From Fimicolochytrium jonesii (taxonomy: Eukaryota): a DNA stretch of 64,000 nt. A program made the translations under genes and the position numbers. Positions within the stretch are counted from its first letter, which is position 1. The number at the start of each line of letters is the position of its first letter. Below the pieces are notes generated by a model that was not told the DNA's origin, searched no databases, and saw nothing but the letters and a program-made list of their open reading frames with translations. Positions 53,400 to 64,000 of the stretch are shown one piece after another. The stretch is from assembly GCF_025526975.1 (NCBI RefSeq), contig NW_026515670.1, forward strand, positions 1,612,001-1,676,000. The letters run 5' to 3'.

Positions 53400-54436
53400 T
53401 GCACACACTCTATGTGATTGGGCTGATAGTCGCAACGGGAACAAACGCGCACCCAAAGCCGAAAAAGAGATGTGTCGAGTCAAACTCTTAGGGCAAGTGT
53501 TGGAGAGCATTGGTCGGAGACAGGGGTGAGAGGGGTAGGGAGGGATACGTACAGTATGTGACGCGTCGAGAAGGGTGTGTGGGAGAGTCTTCGGTTGGCC
53601 GAAAAAGCAAAAAAGAAGGAAATATGGATGAGTGTGAGGGGTGCAAATGCGCGATCTCCGACGTCGTCGTACAGCGTGTGCGGCCAGCCACGTAGCCGAA
53701 CCTTTTCAACGGATGAGCCCACACATATGCACGGCTGGATAATGAACGACACCACAAATCCGAATGATAGCCAACCTCTATTGGATAGCCCGGCGTCAAG
53801 GGGGCCCCGGGTGTAGAGGCATCGGAGTAGTTTCTGAGTGGCGGAGTTTGCTGTTGAGCGACGGCCGAGATCACTCCATAAACCCCAACGATCGACAGAC
53901 AGTCACGGCAACAAACAATCGACATGCTTCAACAACTTCACATCCAGATCCAAGGTACGCTCTGTGACATACTGTACATATGTTCCGTCTAACGTCAGAC
54001 GAATGCTACAGTATCCTATCCGCATCGTCTCTTCCACCCAGTACGACAAGAAAGGGGTGGTGTGATCACGCCGACGAGCCGGAATCCGGGAGTCTAGCTA
54101 CCTCTACGTAAGACATTTGATGCCCGGCCTCTGGGGTATACATGATCCACAGGCCAGCGAGACGGTAATGGCGGCGGTCGACGGTGTGGCGCCGGTCGCG
54201 AGATGATATACGCTGATTCATCCAAGTATGGGACCGTCGAGTTGGGGAGCGCAAAAGGCGAGCAGCTACGTAATCCATGGTTCCGGCCGGAAATCAAAAC
54301 TAAGCTGCGTGATAGTGCACTCCGATCGAGTTCCGATGGCGCGCGGAAGGCGGGAGTTTTGATGTCGGGATTCGTCTGACAGCGTGTGGGTCGGAAAAGA
54401 CCGAGTATGACGTCCCTTTTCTGTTCCGCCAGCCGC

Positions 54437-56759
54437 CTAATCCTCTTCGACCCCCCTCCCCTCCCTCCACGCCCTCTCCCACCGTTCCAACCCCCGTTCC
54501 ACCTCCGGCGGATATCTAAACCGCTCATCCTCCAACACAACCGGATAATTATAATCCCCATACGGCAACAACCTACTCTGCTCATACTGCCGTTCCAATT
54601 GCGCATCCTCTGCCGGATCTATGAATTCCAAGTCGGTGTATTGGGAGGAGGAGGTGGAATCCGCCGAAATGTCCGAGTCAGTGTCGGAAATATATTGTTG
54701 ATTATCGTCGGCGTCGATGGAGATCTTGGATTGAGAGGGTGTCGCAAATGCGCCGTAGCCTCCCCCACCTGCAGCAGTAGTGCTCGCACCCCCACTGCCT
54801 CTCCCTCCCGCTCGCGCCTTTTTCTTCGAGTACGTAACGAGCGGGTCAACCTCCAACCCCAGCTCATCCCCGCCCTCTCTCTGCTCATTTCTCCGCCGTT
54901 GTTGTCGTCTGTTCTGCGCACGAGTCCTTCGAAACGTGGTGCCCTTGAACGTATGATATGTATCCTGTATGATATCTTGGATGCCGAGGGTGTCCCGGAG
55001 GGCGTAGTAGAGGGGGATGCGGGAGGATAATCTGAGAATAATCATTGGGTTATGATCGGGTCCCAGGTGAAGGGGAAATGATTGAGGGGAAATATGTGAT
55101 GTACCGTTCGTCGTTGTAATCCGTCCATGGAAAGGCGTACCAGTGCAAAGCGGCGAGGAAGGGCATTTCGAGGCAGACGAGACAGTCTTGGAGGAGCTGA
55201 GCGAGGCGGCTTACGGTGTATTCTTCGGCTGTGTGGGGGAAGGGAGAATCGGGATCTTGATAATAAGTAGGGGATCAAGGGAGGAGTAGTGCAAAGACAC
55301 GCCCTTACAATCGTGAATCCAGCCTGCCCAGACCAGGAACGCAATTCCAAGACCCTGGTAGAAGGTCAGGAAGACGATGGATTTTACGCAGATGAATTTA
55401 GGCATTGGTCTGCAGAGGAGAAGAGTTGGTCAATACCACCCATGTTTAGCCACACTCAAACCACGAAGGCCCCCTCCCGCCCCACAACCTACCGATACGG
55501 CCTCAAATCCTTCGAACACTGCACGTAAAACAGCACCAAACAATACAACGACCACGACACGGACACATTATACAGTAGCGACAGCCACAGATAGCTGCTA
55601 TCCCACCCAATGTATCCCTCCGGGTAGTGTCCGGTGAGGCGGAAGATCATGGTGGCGAGGGAAATGAAGGGTTTGAGGATCACGTATTGGAGGATGCCAC
55701 GCCGGACGAAGAGGAAGGTGTCAGGGTCGCTCATCTGACGGGAGAATGGTTGAGCGACAGGGAGGGGAGAGGTAATGGGGTGAATGGGGGTGGGGTTTAC
55801 GTACGTCCATTGGAGCGAAACAGAGATTGAATGGCCAGAGATGGTGGGTGCGCATGCGTTCGTCGAGCATGGCGAGGAGCGCGCGCTCCCCGCCGAGATA
55901 GTTGATGCAGAGAAGGAAGAAGGAGTAGATGACAAAGCCCTAGAATATCGTGATCCTTCCGTTGGCTCCAGCGCATCAAACGAAGCACACTCCGAAATGA
56001 TCAGCCCTCCTTACTTCGTACATGTCGCGGAAGGTGTCAATGTAGTCGGATTCACCTCTGGACCATAAACTGATGAACGAGGCGATGGCGTAGATGGGGA
56101 CCATCCATAATATCCGTATTGTCAGGCGCTGCAAATGGGATTCAAATGTAAGTCGATAGCACCATCAACACATCAACCCGTCAACACATCAACCCATCAA
56201 ACATCATCAGACCATCACCAAACATCGACCATCCATCAACTCATCAACAAACAAATCCGCTCGCGATAAGGAAGCTGTGCGAGAAACGAACGATGCAAGA
56301 ACGACTTCGGCTCACTAACGCGTGCCTTTCTCAAGCATTCTTGCGCCTCCGGCGCAATTGGGCTCGCTCTCGCCTGCCTTCTCCTCGCCTCCCTTGGCCT
56401 CCGAGCATTCTCGCGCCTCCTGCGCGTACCTCAAGCACTGTCCTCGCTATCGCTGAGAAACGTCAAGCATTCTCCTCGCTACCGCTCGGCACCTCAAGCA
56501 ATCTCCAAACGCTCGCTTCGCTCGTCACTCCTAGCGTCTGTCCTCCCCTCGCTCACCCTCACTCCGTTCAGCCGGCGCCCACCTGCAAGTCCGGCCTCCT
56601 ATAATTCTTCAAGTGCAAAAACATAGTATAGAACGAGATAGTGGTCGCAGTGACTGCGCCGAGTCCCGCCAGAAAGTACGGAAAAGGCCTATCCGTCGCC
56701 TGGGTATGTATCTCCGTCGCCGTCGCTGCGGTCAGGACGTGGTCCTGTGGTATCGACAT
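54437..56759 (-). CDS. TMEM184/OST-alpha family membrane protein
   Basis: HLKNYRRPDLQR, IRILWMVPIYAI, RRGILQYVILKP, YNVSVSWSLYCL.LFY, PKFICVKSIVFLTFYQG, CLEM. Confidence 0.93.
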
Positions 56760-57296
56760 GGCGGAGGTGTGACTGAGGGAGTGTTCTGAGTGGTGATGGA
56801 GTCCTGTCTCGGTCGAAAAGCGAAAAGCGACGAAGAGGGCGGAAAAGTTCACACCTCTGCGCGTGTCAACTTCCTCCAAGCAGAAGGACGACGGTCTCAC
56901 AACAGTGATAACACACCCCAGACCGATGAGGCTTTTTCTAAAGCCGTGTCCCCGTAGCCAACCGTTGTTTTTTCTTTCCCCGCGTTGGAGGTGCGGAGAG
57001 TCGGGAGCTGAGTCGGGCGTAGTTTCATGGGAGGGCGAGAGCGTAGACTCATACCAAAAAGGCACCTATTCTACGTGTACATATATACAGTACAAGGACC
57101 AGGTATAGTCCCCGCGTGGCCTCCCCTGTGTGTACAGGGATGAGTAGCAGTATGTACGTGGAAATGTATGCAAGAAGTATGTACGTGGAAATGAAACGGA
57201 TGCCGTACGGGCAAGCGATGCAGAATAGGGACGCTCGTGTCTGCGACCCGCTCTGCGTCTATCAACTGTCGTCTGAGGATAATGTCTACGCCTTTT

Positions 57297-58887
57297 CTAT
57301 CGTGAAGTTCTAGCCAGGATTGCGACGATCTGCTCGTAGACTGTAAATACGATTCCGCCCGAGAACTGTAAAGCCGTAGAGATGTCAGTTACTGGTTACA
57401 TGAATCTAGCGCGGAGGTCAAACGACAGAGACGTCCAGGGACGCCCCTACCGCTCAAGCCCACAGTCATCATGTATCCGTTCAAGACTTACAATCAACCT
57501 CCCCAACCTGGGCGTAGCGCCCTTCCATAGGGCCTTGACACCCTCCTCAGTCGTAATTCGATACAAGCAATGGACGGAGTTATGATACAGTTCTTTGGCG
57601 TTGAGTGCTTGCATGCGCGTCTTGACGACGTCAAGGGGCATGGTGGTGTAAACTGTGACGATTCCTGCGACCGCACCTGTTTTGTTGTGGTCCATTGAGT
57701 AAAGATCGGACGGACTACGGCCCCGTTGTTGGCAAGCAAGGAAGGATAGATACATACCGTTGGCAAAGTTAACATACCAGGGCACGACATTCTTCCTCGT
57801 CACCGGATCCACAGGATACCGATCCTGCACCCGGTCCTTCAGAAGCCCATACGTCGTCAACCGCACAGCCGAGTTCGCGCCTTGCCGCGCAATCACTGCC
57901 GTCATCCCGCGATAGATGCCTGCTATCCCCTCGGTGCGGATGATGGCGCGTGTGCCGTGGATGAGGCCGTGGTATTTGGGGTTTGGGGAGTTTTGGTCAT
58001 GGATTAGCTTCGTTCTGGACGTAACATGTTAGCAACGAGACTTTTGGCGCGAAGGTGATGTCGCCTAAAGAAGCTCAAGGTGCTATACTTTATCGTTTCT
58101 GTTGGTGTTACTGCGATGATAGCTTCTGCTACTCCTGCTCCTAACCCGGCTGTCCCAAAGTCCCAAGAGGTCAGATCGAGTATGCCTCAATCTCTCCCGA
58201 CGGGATGCGCGACTACGCACCCAACATGATACGTTGCCCTGCCACTTTCCCATTCTCGTCCGCCAGCATCTTCTTGAACTGCTCGAATGCGAGAAATCGT
58301 ACACCGGCTTTGCTTGCTGTCCCAATGACTAAGGCGGAAAGTCCTGGATTCATGGTCAAATTCGATGAGACTCCGGATTTTTAGAGAGCAGGAGCTCTGC
58401 TACGGACGCTCTTTGCAGTCTCCCTCTTTCCGGTCGCGAGAGGCCACGGCTCACTCTTTCTCTCTTTCCGCTCGCGACGCATCGGTTCTCCAATCTTCAG
58501 TGCCACGCCCTGCTGTCGCCCTCTCTGAAAGCATCTCCCCAGGCGTTGCTTCATCTTAAATGATACCCACCCCTATAAAGCCCAAAGAACCCCTTTTCCC
58601 TGACAGTCTTCCTGACACAGTCCCATGGTCCGTCAAAGAGCTTGAGGTCCGGCTTAGTTTTACTTTGCAGTTGCAGCTGAGTTTTGACGTATTCAGTTGG
58701 ATATGTGAAAGTCGCTTCGACCGCCCCTGCTATTGCGCCTGCTGCTAAAGAATGCGACGCCGGAATCTTGGCCTTTTTGTTTGAGAGTTTCACGAGAAGG
58801 AATATAAGTCGCGCCTGATGGTAGTCGCTTTCCGCCGCTGCCACCCAGAGGGGGCGATCCACCTACCGGTTCTTTCCGTGATGCCAT
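57297..58887 (-). CDS. CTP1: Mitochondrial citrate/tricarboxylate carrier (SLC25A1-like)
   Basis: AGAIAGAVEATFTYPTEYVKTQLQL, ARQGANSAVRLTTY, TMPLDVVKTRMQ, WKGATPRLGRLIFSGGIVFTVYE. Confidence 0.93.
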
Positions 58888-58995
58888 GATGGTTGCACAC
58901 CCAGATTCGATTGCCAAGTGGACTGGCTTCAAGATTCGTCTCGGAACCGAGGCACAAATTTAGATGAATTTGACTCGAACTGTCATCGGCATCTC

Positions 58996-59140
58996 CCAGG
59001 CCATGGCTTCTGATTGGATGGCGAGACTTCAAGCCGAAAGACTTTGTTTGAGACTGACTTACGTAGCCAATGGCGCCAGGCTATGGCTTCTGATTGGATG
59101 GCGAGAATGACGCCAGGCTATGGCTTCTGATTGGATGACA
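58996..59140. promoter_or_regulatory. Three copies of a ~25-31 bp CCAAT-box-containing repeat in the divergent CTP1/RRM promoter
   Basis: CCAGGCYATGGCTTCTGATTGGATG at about 58996, 59076 and 59113; followed by TTTAAA and two CACGTG. Confidence 0.7.
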
Positions 59141-59379
59141 GCAGCGAGCCATTTAAAGCACGTGACAAACGCCCTGCAAATCACGTGCTGCTGCATTCCT
59201 CCACTTTTCTTCTCCAGTGGGCGGCGATCCCTCTGCCAATTCAGGTGGCCACAGAGGGCAGGACGGATCGGCATAGATCCGCATTTCCTTCAAATACCGC
59301 TGCGTTCTCGCATCCCCTTCCTGTTTTCTTCACCCAACTCCCCCCAACCTCCCTCCAACAACCCCCCCAATCTCTCAAA

Positions 59380-59925
59380 ATGGCCGCTAAAGTCTTCGTC
59401 GGAAACCTCTCCTGGGGAACCACGGACGAGTCCCTGCACCAGGCTTTCTCCCAGTACGGCGAGATCTCTGACTGCCTCGTCCTCAAGGACCGTGAGACCG
59501 GTGAGTTTAGATCATGCACACGCAATGTCATTCTCGAAAGACCTTTCATATTTATCTATGGACGCTCTCTTTCCTCCTCCTCAGGTCGCTCCCGTGGTTT
59601 CGGTTTCGTCACCTTCGCTGACGAGAACCAGGCCCAGTCCGCCATCCAGGCTATGAACGACCAGGACCTCGACGGCCGTAACATCCGCGTCAACCTCGCT
59701 AACGAGAGGCCCGCTGGCGGTAACGGTGGTGGTTTCCGTGGTGGCCGTGGCGGTTTCCGCTCCAACAACTACGGGTATGTGTTCACTCTTTTTTGCCTGT
59801 CGGCATCTATTTCTTCACAGTTCGGTTGCTGACTGATCTCGTTTTTCTTTTCTTTCAATAGTGGCCAGCAGGGTGGCTACAACGGTGGTTACCAGCAGCA
59901 GGGCGGTTACAACGGCGGTTACTAA
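59380..59925 (+). CDS. Glycine-rich RNA-binding protein (single RRM plus RGG/GY tail), 3 exons
   Basis: KVFVGNLSW (RNP2), DRETGRSRGFGFVTF (RNP1), LDGRNIRVNLA, GGFRGGRGG. Confidence 0.96.
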
Positions 59926-60973
59926 ACTGTCACCCCGTAAAACCATCTCAAACAATATCACTCGCTCGCCTCCGGGGACAAGGAAAAGCCTCGGCTTGGT
60001 CCCGCCCATCATTCAACAACATTCGCGTACACGGGATTGCCAAACCATGGCGTCTCTAACTCATAGTTCGTGCGTAGTCGAAGTGTTCCTCCAACTATCT
60101 AATGGGTAATCATTGATATCCCCTAAAGAACCCCTTCATCCCCATTTTATATTTCTCTCCCTCACCACATTACATGTACATAAGTAGCTGCTTTCTGTCT
60201 CTTAGATCCCAGTCGTGTGCTATCTGTACATAGGTCGTGTCTTGTCCGTAAAAGATGTGTTAGTGTGTGTGCCCTCCGACACCTCGGTCCGAAAACTGTT
60301 CAAATTCACACTTCCTACTCGCAACTCTGATTGCGGCCTTTTAATGTTTCCACGTGCGTCCTCGTGAGTCGTGAGTGCGACTGTGCTGTCCACGCTGATC
60401 TGTTCCTCCCTCCAACGAATTTTCCCAGAGAAAGCTGAAAGCTGAATTCAAAGTTGGTCTTACACCCGTTGAATACCATGCGTTTCGTCCTGGAAGTCGG
60501 ATATACCGGGCGCAAGGACGCGCCACCCACTCTCGTAGTATGATTATCGGGCGAGGGCAAAACCCACGACCATGGATAGGTTCCCTTTTCGAGACCACCG
60601 GACGCATACCTTGCACGGCATGGCCTTGGTAAACGACCCAGCTTTGAGGAAGATAGTAGTAAGGCACTGATCGACATGCCCCTTTCCTTCCTTCTCATGC
60701 GGCGTCATGGGGTAAAGGGGCGGTTCATCTCAAGTTCCGTCGGGATGAGCGATAGGAAACCGATCAATTGAACAACTCCGATATTTACAAGCGTTGCCAC
60801 CCGCCACAGCTCCACCGCCCGCCCTTAGCTCCACCCACGTACAGTACAGTACTGTACGCAGGCAGGCTGAGGCCAGATAGGGCGGCCATTCCGCTCCATA
60901 CATGCATGAACGCGAACCCGACACGAATAACGCCTTCGCAAAACTGACGAGCAAACGTAACACTTGGACCGAC

Positions 60974-63900
60974 ATGTCGCCGGCGACCGCACCGCGAGTC
61001 GTGTCCTGGCTGCTGCTGCTATTTGCCGTGTTCCTCGAAGGCGCCGCGGCCGGAACAAGACCACCGGGGAGGGTCAATCGCGAACGGCCGCAGCCTCGCC
61101 CCGCTATTCTCGGCAGCAGCACCGTCGCTCCCGTTCTAGCCAAGAGGGACAATCCTTTGGCATCGCCACCGATATCGACACTGTCAAACAGCAGCGACCC
61201 TTCCCACTTGGTGTATTTGAGAATAGGGGTGAGTAAGGACTCGCCCAAAAACCTTGATATATATACATCCGAGCGCGAACGAAGACCGAGCGAAGTGAGG
61301 GGACATAAACGCCCAAAGGCGTAAGTACCGAGAACGAAGCGAGCGTGTACAAAAATGAAAGGAGCGCAAGAGAAGCGAGCGAGGACGGATGGATTAGCAT
61401 CAGCACTGGGATTGCTTGGGATTGCGTAGCATCGCGTAAATCATGTGTATGGCGCACGATCCATGAAAGGTTGCGTTTTCGAAGGACACGGGAAAGAGGT
61501 CCCTATGCGAGGCCTCTCTATTGGTTATGTCACGGATCTTGTTTGAGTTCCTGTGTTCTCACTTTCCTCTCTGCATCAACGATAGGTGGTTTCGTCCAAT
61601 GGCGACCAAGTGGTAAGACGCAAGTCTGCACTGTCGACTCTGAATATCATTCAAGCTGACATTGCGCCTTTTCCACATAACTAGGAGGAATCATGGAATT
61701 CGACTTTGAGAGCCACATGGCAGGCGTACATTCTAGCGCAGGAGGACATCAATGCTGATCCCACCGCCTTTGGGCTCCCCGCAAATGCAAGAATCTGGCT
61801 GGTACGATTAACGGTTCATCAATCTTGAAACCGTGTGGTCGACTGTTTCGCGCATGCACCCAGGTCCCTGAATCTCTCTGCATTCAGGACATGCATGATC
61901 TCCGTGACATCACCGGCAGCTATAACGGGGCCGCCATGCTCGCCGCATTGAATGCTTACTACGATGGGGCCATTGCGATACTCGGCACCGACGGCAGTGA
62001 GTCCACCAAGGCCGTCGCGCAAACCATGGGCCGCTTGCAAATACCCCAGTGCTCTCCGTGGGCCGGTGATGATGCTTTATCAAGCAAGATCTCGTTCCCT
62101 TACTTTTTCCGGACGTTGAGTGGTGCCTCGGACGACATCTCCTACCTTCTGCCCGTCATGAAATACTTTGGCTGGACCCAATTTTCCTTCATCTATTGCG
62201 ATTCGGCGCTCGGGAATGCATGTAAGCAAGCTAATCGAATTACGTGACACCCGCAGGATGTGTAACTTTTTAAACTTGACATTCGTTCTATTCCGCGTTT
62301 TAGACCAAACGGCGTTGACGGATCTCGTGATAACTGACGCTCGGTGGCAGATTACGAGCAAATTCACAAACGGCGTATGGCTTGGTTCCGACAGTACGTT
62401 GGCGCATTACCATATCAATGGTTTTCGTGATCGGCTAATGCCAAGTGTTCTTGCTCTAACTAAAAGATGGATACCCCTCCCTCTCTCCCCTGGGCTTGCT
62501 ACTTGTCGTTTCCCCACAGGCACGGACATTGCCATTGCCGTTGATCAAATGACACGCGCATTTGCCGATGGAACTCGTGTCTTGTTCTTGGCTGGGAATA
62601 TGGATTGGATGGCCGCCATGTTGTTGTTCGCTTACAAAGCTGGGCTTATGCGTGACGATATGGTTTGGTTGACTACCCAGGTGAGAGATTTACTAGATGT
62701 ATGCTGTTTTACGTTGTACATAGCTGCGCACTCTTGGTTTACATGTTGCATCCCAAATTTTACAAAAAGGATGTTTCAGAGGAGCTCGATATTGCTACAA
62801 GGGACACAGCCTTGACTCAGAAGATTATGCGTGGATCTTTCTTTGGCACCGCTGGTGCCGCAAATACCCCTGCCAGCGAACAATTTTTAGAAAGGCTTCC
62901 AAAGCTGGACACCACGTTGTATCCTGACCTTGGGCTTCCGGGTGTCAGCAACTTGGAGTGAGTTATCTTTACCTCTGATTATGCCAAGGAGTTGCTTCGC
63001 AACTGCGATGTATTAATCATGATCTTCGTATAAGTGTGTCGTACGCTTGCGTCCAGGCGCTCGCTGCTGGCTGGGGGAAGGTACGCTCACCAACCTTTCC
63101 AACACCAAAGCTGGTCTGGCCACCTGTGAACGAGCACTTTAACACTCGCTTTAACATCCTATCGCTATCGGGCTCCCTTTTCGCAAATGCTAGTTCTTGG
63201 CGGATGGCGCGGCAAAAGGTGATCCCACAGTGACTTTGGAGAACCTCGCTAGTGGGACCTTCAACGCCAATTTTACGCCCGATGTATGGAATACGGGGGC
63301 CGATAGCCCGGTTGGATACCTCACTTTTGACGAACATGGAGATATGGTCCCCGCGTGAGTGTCCCATTGAGCCAAGCTTGCCGATACTTGCTGCTTCACT
63401 TACTCGCTTGCGATTCCAAAAGCTTCTACCAGATCTACAATTTCAACGGCACAGATATGATGGTTGTCGGAAGATCCGATCAAATCGACTACACTCCTAA
63501 CCAGGCACCCATATTCAGAGATGGATCCAGTGCTGTGCCGCGGACAGCTCTGGAAAGAGTCGTCGTAAATTCCACTTGGGGAAGCAACGATGCGGTCACC
63601 TTCCTGGTGGTCAGCGTCCTAGGGATCATTGTGACATTAGTCACTACGGGGACGATATGGATGAATAGACGACATCCTGTCGTAAAAAGAGCCAGTCCAG
63701 CTTTTTCAATGGTGAGAACGTCAAGTGCGACAACGTAAGCACATATTACCTGCTCTATTGGGCGAGTTTTATTGATCGGTACAATCGTCTGCGCAGCTCA
63801 CGCTTTTAGGCATTATCGTGGGATACTGTACCATCTTTCCGTATATCGGCATTCCGGATTCGAAAGCGTGTGTGACGCAGACATGGTTGCCGCCTGTGGC

Positions 63901-64000
63901 CTTCAGTTTGGTTTACGGAAGCATTGCCGGTTGGTCTTCATAATTGCAAATTTTCGTTTCATTCTTCCAGCTGGAAGCTTCATTCTCACCCTCTCGATCT
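60974..64000 (+). CDS. Class C (GABA-B/mGluR-like) GPCR: signal peptide, Venus-flytrap/ANF-receptor domain, start of 7TM; truncated by window end
   Basis: Signal peptide; IPQCSPWAGDDALSSKISFPYFFRT; MKYFGWTQFSFIY; YACVQALAAG; PIFRDGSSAVP; TM1 then RRHPVVKRASPAF; CVTQTWL..VAFSLVYGSI. Confidence 0.85.

Overview
Gene-dense, intron-rich eukaryotic DNA with short GT-AG introns and CTAAC/CTGAC branch points. The gene set is fungal, and a class C GPCR suggests an early-diverging zoosporic fungus such as a chytrid (inference). About 22 recognisable genes: GAPDH, PAM17, an aldo-keto reductase, a GT4 glycosyltransferase, an OCIA-like protein, an EEP sphingomyelinase-like protein, a metacaspase, an EXPERA/TMEM97 protein, GID4, a GH13_5 alpha-amylase, a HAC1/XBP1-like bZIP, PHO88, a CDF Zn transporter, BBP/SF1, SEC15, a GH5 mannanase, BRX1, PARN, TMEM184, a citrate carrier, a glycine-rich RRM protein and a class C GPCR. 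Four main findings. (1) A homologue of the prokaryotic/phage Nmad2 DNA-base-modification domain that appears to carry a spliceosomal intron, in a small orphan-ORF island (17.1-19.2 kb). (2) A predictable 86-nt IRE1-type unconventional intron in the bZIP gene, with a variant 3' loop. (3) A dense cluster of branch-point motifs in intron 1 of the branch-point-binding-protein gene itself, suggesting autoregulation. (4) A family of enlarged introns carrying GAGCGAAGCGAG-type repeats, always in the sense orientation. All assignments are from motif recognition by eye, no searches were run, and exon boundaries are approximate.
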